A stretch of 20,000 nt of DNA from an uncultured virus (IMG/VR IMGVR_UViG_3300035682_000007) (lineage: Duplodnaviria > Heunggongvirae > Uroviricota > Caudoviricetes): IMG/VR virus record IMGVR_UViG_3300035682_000007. One strand, written 5' to 3'. How positions within the stretch are numbered: the stretch's first letter is position 1; each line of letters opens with the position of its first letter. The translations under genes were made by a program, and so were the position numbers. Below are positions 1 through 6,248 of the stretch, in pieces. A model generated the notes under the pieces. It saw nothing but the letters and a program-made list of their open reading frames with translations, did not search any database and was not told where the DNA came from.

Positions 1-34
1 AGAAGGTAAAGGATTTACAGTTGAAACACTTTAA
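1..34 (+). CDS. 3' end of an upstream gene (partial, ...EGKGFTVETL*)
   Basis: Open frame 2..34 ending in TAA immediately before a terminator-like palindrome; only 10 codons visible. Confidence 0.45.
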   Translation, partial: EGKGFTVETL

Positions 35-40
35 ATTAAT

Positions 41-73
41 AAAAAAGGAGCTAATTAATTAGCTCCTTTTTTT
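41..73. terminator. Bidirectional intrinsic terminator
   Basis: Perfect palindrome A6-GGAGCTAATT/AATTAGCTCC-T7 between convergent stops at 34 (+) and 76 (-). Confidence 0.9.
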
Positions 74-75
74 AT

Positions 76-3000
76 TTAAAAACCCCATTCATCTTCAGGT
101 TCATCTTTAACTTCTTCAATTATAGATTCAGTTTCATTAGTATAATCATCTACAATATAACCTTCTGGCATATCGCCAAATGTATCATCGTATTCATCAT
201 CCAATTGAATTATTTCATCACTTCTAGTAATATTACCCTCATCATCTTCTTCAAATTCTAATTCGTCATCTTCACTATCTTCTGAAATCACTTTTTTCTT
301 TTTAGGTTCATCATTTACTACAATTATTTTTTCAGCTGCTTCTTTTAATTTATCAATAACTATATCAGTATTTTCCAATAACTCAATTTCCTCATAAGTA
401 TTTATTATTGTTTCCCCACTCATAAAATTTAATTCGGTCAAATACTCCAAATATAACTCATATCGATTATCAATATTGTTTATGTTGGTTAATTGGTAAT
501 ACTTATCCCTTTCTATGGCCTCAACTTTATATTTGAAAATATCGTCATAACTACATAATCTTTCACTCCATTTTCTAGAAACTAAATAAACCCCATCATC
601 ATCAGCATCAATATCAGCAATTATAAAAACATCTTTTGGTAATATAGCTTTATTTACAACATCTTTTAAATCTTGAAGTTCCAAGTGTTTAAATATGTCA
701 TCTAATGTATCTTTTTCATATTTAATCCCTTCTATCTTAGCAACACGCATACGTTCAACATAATCAACTTGAAGACTATCCCATTCTTCTTGTTTCATGT
801 TATTAGGTAACTTATTAACTTTCATCCAAAATTTAATTTCCTTATCTTCCATACGCATGAGGTCCTCATAAGAATCTTGGTCACCAGCTTTATTTGAAAT
901 CCCTGAAACCAATTCACATTCAGCTATGGTAAATACCGTTCTATCTTTAAGTTTTTCAGTGATTTTTTTAGTTGTTTTATCTTTTACCTTAACAATATCT
1001 AATATTATATTATTACGAACATCTAAATTAAAACAAACCAATAATGGTCTAATCTTTTTATTGAAAGCATCTAAATACTTAGCAACATTATATTCCTCGG
1101 TATATAACTCAGAATTAATTTGGTCAATTCTTTCACCATATTCAGCAAAAATATTCATATCCATTTCATCTTCGCTTTCCATTGCTGTTATAGTTTTTTT
1201 AAGCATTTCTAATTCCTTAATCATTTCAAAATCATGTTCGATAACTTTAGGGTCAATTAATTTACAATTTAATTGAACTTCTTTGGTTACATTAGGTGGT
1301 GTTGATTCCTGACCGTTGTTAATATACCATTTTTCAAGTTGTTTCTTGGTCATTTTGTTATGATAAATGGTTTTTAAATCACCATGAGATTTAGAAGTAC
1401 CAGTGTTAATATAAAACAAGGTATCACCTAACGTTAAATCTAACCCAGCTTTTATTGCTAATTCCATATGTGCTTGTTTTGGCATTGGATTACCAGCTTT
1501 ATTTTTCATTGTAGCTTTCTTTTTATAATCGGCTATGTTTGATTTAATTTTAGCTTTAGAAGCAATCTTAACCAATGGTATTTGATAATTATAAATTTTA
1601 TCTACATACTCATAATAATAATTGATAAATGAATGACCATCACCATCTAATAACATACGAATACCTTTACCTAAAAATTCTTCGATATAAACCGACATTT
1701 TTTTAGATTTAACAGAGTTACCTACTAATTTAATCTTACCACCAATATCATTGGCATAATTCTTTCTAGCAAAATTAATAGTAGAACTACATACATCATC
1801 CAAATCCAACCCCATACGACCTTCCATATAAGTTTCATTAAATTCAGCCAAAGCTGCATCAATACCAATTAATTCTTTACCAGCATCATCTATTGTTTTC
1901 CAATGGCTACCTTTGGCTGTGTATTTAATCTCATTGATATTAGCAGGTGCTGCAAAGTTAAAACCATCAGTATTATGTGCAATGATACCATTGATACCAC
2001 AGATAAAAGTTCCATCTTCGGTTGACACATCATAAACAAAATTATTTTTATCCTTATTACTTATAACTTCATTTTTCCAAACCTCATTTGTTTTCTTTTT
2101 TGTCTTTTCAGTAAACGATGAGTTACCTCTATTCTTGTTTTTTAAATTAAATGAAATGAAATTTTTTTTATCTTTTCTTGTTTTTATTTTGAACTCAATA
2201 CCAAGCTCTTTAAGTAATAACCCAATACCACTCATAGCAATTTGAGATTTCATACCAATATCAGAACACTCTAATATTGTATCACCATAACCATCAGAAG
2301 CAAAAACACCTTCAATAAACGCTTTTTTCGTTTTTATATCAGCATTTAAAATAGTTTTTGGAACTTTCTTTTCTCTATAAGATGTATAAAAAATATCAGA
2401 AAAAGCAGATGAAAATACTGAATTATGAACAACTAGATTATAAACACCACTTGATTTTAAATGGTTTTTAATCAATCCATCGAGACCAAAATTATTCTTT
2501 AGAATTGTTTTTAGTTTATCTAAATGTAGTGTATTGGTGTTCGATATCTTCCAATCACTTCTTTTACTAAGATACATCTTAACTTCACCAGTTTTTTTAG
2601 ATGTATAATTAACTTTTCTTTTTGAGTTCATAGACGAACCATCACCTAAGAAAAAACCATATAAAAATGCTTCGTCTTCTGTTAAAGCTATTTGTTTATT
2701 GGTATTAAAAGGTATCTCATATGTGTCAATTAAATCACCTTGAATTAAAGTTGATGGTTTAACTTCAACACCGTTTTGAAATAAGGAATGGTCTTCAGTA
2801 ACATTAATCAATCTATCTTTGGTAGTTATTCTATGGATTTTCTTATTAGTTCCATGTCTATAAACGTACTTTATATTTTTCCAACCACCCCTAGTTAATA
2901 TTTCATAAGGTTTCTCTTCGTAATCTCTTAATTTTTCATTATCTAAATATATAGATTTTTCGTTAAATAAATCGCAAATAGGTTGGATATCTATTGTATT

Positions 3001-4893
3001 GTTATTTTTATTTCTTATATATACTGGTGTATCATAAGTAACGGAATCACCTACAAGAGCACGGAATCCGTGAGTTTCTGTAAAGTGTTTTACCATTAGA
3101 CGTAAATATTGGCGACCACGACATGTTGTTTCTTCCGCAGAGTCTGTATCACCCCAGTTAAAGATATAAGGTGCACCATATGAACCAAACCATGAGTTAG
3201 CAAGAATCTTAAGTGGTAATTGTTTTTTATCATATAAATTAGACAATGATTTATGGTCATGAACTAATTTTTTATATTCTTCTTTCTGTTCTGAAGTTAA
3301 ATCTTTACCTTCTTTTAGTAATGCTTCATATTTCTTAGCTGTTTTCTTTTCAGTACCAGTTAAGAATTTAAATTTATCACGTGTATCTACCACATAAGTA
3401 AGAATACCTTCCATTACTCCACTAATATCTAAATCAGGAAAAATCTTATGTGTAATCTGAGTTTTAGGGTATAATGCAGCATAATCTAATTTATATACAT
3501 CTCTAGCATAACCTAATTCCAATAGACGAGAAAGACCACCAGTAAAATCTCTTTTAGTTTGTGTTTCTGGAATAGCTAACCCATTCTCATAAGACCATGC
3601 GGCCATGATTAGTTTCCACTGGCCAGCAGTACCCATTGTTGATGAACGTTGAAATGACGTTGGTAACATTTTTGCGATAAGGAAACTGGCTTGGTTGAAT
3701 ATATTATCAATTTGTTCAGTTTCCCACAAGTCATCACATAAATAACGTTGTACTATATAATCACCTTTTTTAATGACATATCCTTCTTTTAAAGGAGTTT
3801 TATCTGTAATCATATACCAATCACCATTAGAATCATTAAATGCGTATTGATTAACCTTATCTTTCCAAGTTGTATTAATCTTATCACCAGGAACGTAAAC
3901 ACGATTAGGTTTAGCAATATCTGAATATTGTGTAATGTACTTTAAACCCCAAGATTTAATCTCTGAGTTAATTGCCATGGCTCTACGAACAGCATGTGAA
4001 ATATCCATAATATTATACCCATACATATTTGTTTGTAAGTAGTGTTCTGTTTCACCACCAAACTTAACTGTGGCTGGTTTACGCTTGATTTTAGACACTC
4101 TATTAAGAGTAATGGCAAGTTCTGTTATTGGAATAGATAAACGCTCTGCACGCTCAAATAAAAAAGGCCAGTCAAAGTTTTCAGAATTATATCCAGTAAT
4201 AATATCTGGTTGAATAAAATCTATAATTTTAAAGAATTTAGCAATTGTTGCTCTTTCTTCATCTCTTTTTTCTTGATGAGTTTCACCTTTTACTTCTAAT
4301 ACGTGTTCCATACCTCTGTTATCTCTAACACCAATTTGAAATACACTATCTTTACTAGCAAAAAGGCCAGTAGTTTCCAAGTCAAATTGAAATCTATGCA
4401 CATCATTATAATCGTCCATACCTTTAAACAATCTTTTACCGCTTTGGATAAGAAATTGTTCAGTAGGGCTAAACATTACGAAATTTTTAGAAAAATCTTT
4501 ATGAAATACATCAACACCACCTGCTTTAAAAAAGTTAATTAAATCATTGTATGATTTGTTACAGATTGCCATGTATTTATAACCATTCTCAAGTCTTTCA
4601 GGTGAATAACCTTCAGAATTACTAGTTCTTAATTGACTTAGTTTAACACCATAAATACGACCAGCTTCTATTCTTTTTACTTTATTACCACCATAAAGAA
4701 TACTAGTGATATCGTGTTTAAACCATAAGAAAGGTTTAAAGGAATGTGGTTCTAATCTTTTACCAGTTACTGGGTCGTTGATTACTAGTGTTACGCTAGG
4801 TTCACTATATCCAGCTTCAATAGCTACAATATATTCTTGTGGGTCAGAACCTTGCAAGAAATTCTCAATTACTTCATTACTTATTTTGCTCAT
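76..4893 (-). CDS. polB: Family B DNA polymerase precursor with 3'-5' exonuclease, containing an intein (1605 aa; about 1247 aa spliced)
   Basis: ExoI FDLETTG, ExoII GYNSENFDWPFL, ExoIII YLCDD; motif A DYAALYP, motif B KILANSWFG, motif C VGD|TDG restored after intein removal; KNYA and KLVG downstream motifs; acidic C-terminal tail. Confidence 0.95.
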   Translation of the reverse strand: MSKISNEVIENFLQGSDPQEYIVAIEAGYSEPSVTLVINDPVTGKRLEPHSFKPFLWFKHDITSILYGGNKVKRIEAGRIYGVKLSQLRTSNSEGYSPERLENGYKYMAICNKSYNDLINFFKAGGVDVFHKDFSKNFVMFSPTEQFLIQSGKRLFKGMDDYNDVHRFQFDLETTGLFASKDSVFQIGVRDNRGMEHVLEVKGETHQEKRDEERATIAKFFKIIDFIQPDIITGYNSENFDWPFLFERAERLSIPITELAITLNRVSKIKRKPATVKFGGETEHYLQTNMYGYNIMDISHAVRRAMAINSEIKSWGLKYITQYSDIAKPNRVYVPGDKINTTWKDKVNQYAFNDSNGDWYMITDKTPLKEGYVIKKGDYIVQRYLCDDLWETEQIDNIFNQASFLIAKMLPTSFQRSSTMGTAGQWKLIMAAWSYENGLAIPETQTKRDFTGGLSRLLELGYARDVYKLDYAALYPKTQITHKIFPDLDISGVMEGILTYVVDTRDKFKFLTGTEKKTAKKYEALLKEGKDLTSEQKEEYKKLVHDHKSLSNLYDKKQLPLKILANSWFGSYGAPYIFNWGDTDSAEETTCRGRQYLRLMVKHFTETHGFRALVGDSVTYDTPVYIRNKNNNTIDIQPICDLFNEKSIYLDNEKLRDYEEKPYEILTRGGWKNIKYVYRHGTNKKIHRITTKDRLINVTEDHSLFQNGVEVKPSTLIQGDLIDTYEIPFNTNKQIALTEDEAFLYGFFLGDGSSMNSKRKVNYTSKKTGEVKMYLSKRSDWKISNTNTLHLDKLKTILKNNFGLDGLIKNHLKSSGVYNLVVHNSVFSSAFSDIFYTSYREKKVPKTILNADIKTKKAFIEGVFASDGYGDTILECSDIGMKSQIAMSGIGLLLKELGIEFKIKTRKDKKNFISFNLKNKNRGNSSFTEKTKKKTNEVWKNEVISNKDKNNFVYDVSTEDGTFICGINGIIAHNTDGFNFAAPANINEIKYTAKGSHWKTIDDAGKELIGIDAALAEFNETYMEGRMGLDLDDVCSSTINFARKNYANDIGGKIKLVGNSVKSKKMSVYIEEFLGKGIRMLLDGDGHSFINYYYEYVDKIYNYQIPLVKIASKAKIKSNIADYKKKATMKNKAGNPMPKQAHMELAIKAGLDLTLGDTLFYINTGTSKSHGDLKTIYHNKMTKKQLEKWYINNGQESTPPNVTKEVQLNCKLIDPKVIEHDFEMIKELEMLKKTITAMESEDEMDMNIFAEYGERIDQINSELYTEEYNVAKYLDAFNKKIRPLLVCFNLDVRNNIILDIVKVKDKTTKKITEKLKDRTVFTIAECELVSGISNKAGDQDSYEDLMRMEDKEIKFWMKVNKLPNNMKQEEWDSLQVDYVERMRVAKIEGIKYEKDTLDDIFKHLELQDLKDVVNKAILPKDVFIIADIDADDDGVYLVSRKWSERLCSYDDIFKYKVEAIERDKYYQLTNINNIDNRYELYLEYLTELNFMSGETIINTYEEIELLENTDIVIDKLKEAAEKIIVVNDEPKKKKVISEDSEDDELEFEEDDEGNITRSDEIIQLDDEYDDTFGDMPEGYIVDDYTNETESIIEEVKDEPEDEWGF
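1972..3045 (-). mobile_element. Intein with LAGLIDADG homing endonuclease (358 aa, residues 617-974 of PolB)
   Basis: Block A SVTYDTPVYIR, block B INVTEDHSLF, LAGLIDADG-like FLYGFFLGDGS and FIEGVFASDG, block F/G VYDVSTEDGTFICGINGIIAHN, followed by +1 Thr. Interrupts GD/TD. Confidence 0.95.
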
Positions 4894-4908
4894 ATTATAA
4901 ATTTTTTA

Positions 4909-4940
4909 CAAATATACAAAACAAAATTTAATTAAACAAA
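4909..4940 (-). promoter_or_regulatory. Bacteroidota sigmaA-type promoter for polB
   Basis: Minus strand TTTG (4940-4937), 20-nt spacer, TATATTTG (4916-4909). Matches the TTTG-N19-21-TAnnTTTG consensus and lies 15 nt upstream of the ATG. Confidence 0.75.
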
Positions 4941-4962
4941 TAATTTAGGGTAATTATTTTTT

Positions 4963-5010
4963 AACTTGGTGATGCACAAAGTTACCAAAATATTTTGACA
5001 TCACCAAGTT
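4963..5010. repeat. 12-bp perfect inverted repeat (hairpin or operator) in the divergent polB/HNH intergenic region
   Basis: AACTTGGTGATG (4963-4974) and CATCACCAAGTT (4999-5010). The 24-nt loop holds a second palindrome CAAAATATTTTG (4986-4997); a T-run follows on the + strand. Confidence 0.8.
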
Positions 5011-5070
5011 TTTGGAGTTATTTTTTTATTCCGCTATCTAAAACATTGTTTATTTTTAATAAATTTTTAT

Positions 5071-5078
5071 TATTTTTG
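5071..5078 (+). promoter_or_regulatory. Possible Bacteroidota -7 element for the HNH gene
   Basis: TATTTTTG (TAnnTTTG) followed by TAAAAA as in the polB promoter; only a weak -33 (ATTG at 5045-5048, 22-nt spacer). Confidence 0.4.
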
Positions 5079-5113
5079 TAAAAATAATATTGTAAATAAT
5101 TTAAAATAATAAA

Positions 5114-5863
5114 ATGAAAATATGTAATAAATGTAATTTATCTAAATCATTAAACGAATTTAATAAACGTAGTAAATCTAAAGATGGTCTTAGATTTGAA
5201 TGTAAACAATGTCAAAAATTATATTATGAAACTAATCGTGAACATTACATAATCAAAATGAAAGAAAATAGAATAAATAACCTTGATGATTATACAAAAC
5301 GAGATAAAGAATATTATGAAAATAATCGAACAGAAATATTAAAAAATAAAAAAGAATATCATATTAATAATAGAGAAATAATTAATGATAAAAAGTTAAT
5401 TTATCGTAAAAACAATAAAAAAGAAATAAGTGAACGTAATAAAGAATGGAGAATTAATAATGTAGAATATATTAAAGAATACAATAAAAATTATATAATT
5501 AAAAATAAAGAAAAAATAAAGGCTAAAAATAAAGATATAATTATGTGGAGAAGTGTTTTAAGGTGCTCATTAAATAGACTTGGTAAATCAAAAGAAGGTC
5601 ATACAATTGATTTACTTGGATATTCAGCGATTGAACTTAAAAATCATCTAATTAATCTATTTACTGACGGTATGAGTTGGGATAATTATGGTGAATGGCA
5701 TATAGACCACATTAAAGACGTTGTTACATTTGATAACGATTCATCACCATCAATTGTAAACGAATTAAGTAATTTAAGACCTATGTGGGCAACAACAAGA
5801 GAGATAAATGGTATTATTTATGAGGGTAATTTAAATAAACAAAAATCACATAAAAATAAATAA
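5114..5863 (+). CDS. Free-standing HNH-type (EndoVII-like) homing endonuclease with N-terminal zinc finger
   Basis: N-terminal CNKC...CKQC; K/E/Y/N-rich helical repeat linker; C-terminal GMSWDNYGEWHIDHIK...NLRPMW...GNLNK nuclease motif. Oriented opposite to both neighbours. Confidence 0.8.
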   Translation: MKICNKCNLSKSLNEFNKRSKSKDGLRFECKQCQKLYYETNREHYIIKMKENRINNLDDYTKRDKEYYENNRTEILKNKKEYHINNREIINDKKLIYRKNNKKEISERNKEWRINNVEYIKEYNKNYIIKNKEKIKAKNKDIIMWRSVLRCSLNRLGKSKEGHTIDLLGYSAIELKNHLINLFTDGMSWDNYGEWHIDHIKDVVTFDNDSSPSIVNELSNLRPMWATTREINGIIYEGNLNKQKSHKNK

Positions 5864-6238
5864 TTATTTCATAATTCCTTGGTCTAAAATATTAACTATC
5901 AATGTTTCTCTGATAGGTACAATAAGGGTTCCACTACCATCATTAAAAGTAATTTCAAATTTGGCAAGATATCTACCAGCAACGCTAGTTTGTTTTTGAG
6001 TAAATTGATATGTTAAATAATATTCATCACCAACACAATCACTTGCAGGTAATACTTGTTGATATTGTGCTGTTGCTTTACCTATTTTAATAACACCTGT
6101 TACAATATCGGTCATGGTAAATGTTAGAGTTGAATCTTCCACTTTGTCATAAAAGCGTTGAAAATCATTTCTACCATCTTTGATAAGCTCCAATTTTAAT
6201 ACTGGGAGTGTTGAATTTTTATTTATGTGAAATTCCAT
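5864..6238 (-). CDS. BppU-like (baseplate upper protein N-terminal Ig-like) structural protein
   Basis: Pattern FHINKNSTLP.L...LTFTMTD...YLTYQFT..QTSVAGRYLAKFEITF.DG...IVP resembles BppU_N-like domains; last gene of the fibre module. Confidence 0.6.
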   Translation of the reverse strand: MEFHINKNSTLPVLKLELIKDGRNDFQRFYDKVEDSTLTFTMTDIVTGVIKIGKATAQYQQVLPASDCVGDEYYLTYQFTQKQTSVAGRYLAKFEITFNDGSGTLIVPIRETLIVNILDQGIMK

Positions 6239-6248
6239 ATATTTTTTA

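Noticed and set aside
926..4900. Plus-strand ORFs 926..1276, 4303..4542 and 4706..4900
   Set aside because: Antisense shadows of polB with no recognisable motifs.
4894..5113. tRNA or other structured ncRNA in the largest intergenic gap
   Set aside because: No cloverleaf or T-loop motif; only one hairpin in otherwise extremely AT-rich sequence.
76..5863. Eukaryotic giant virus (NCLDV) origin suggested by the PolB intein and the HNH type
   Set aside because: Operon-like 1-10 nt gene spacing, intrinsic terminators, a Bacteroidota-type promoter and BppU/S74 tail genes point to a bacteriophage.
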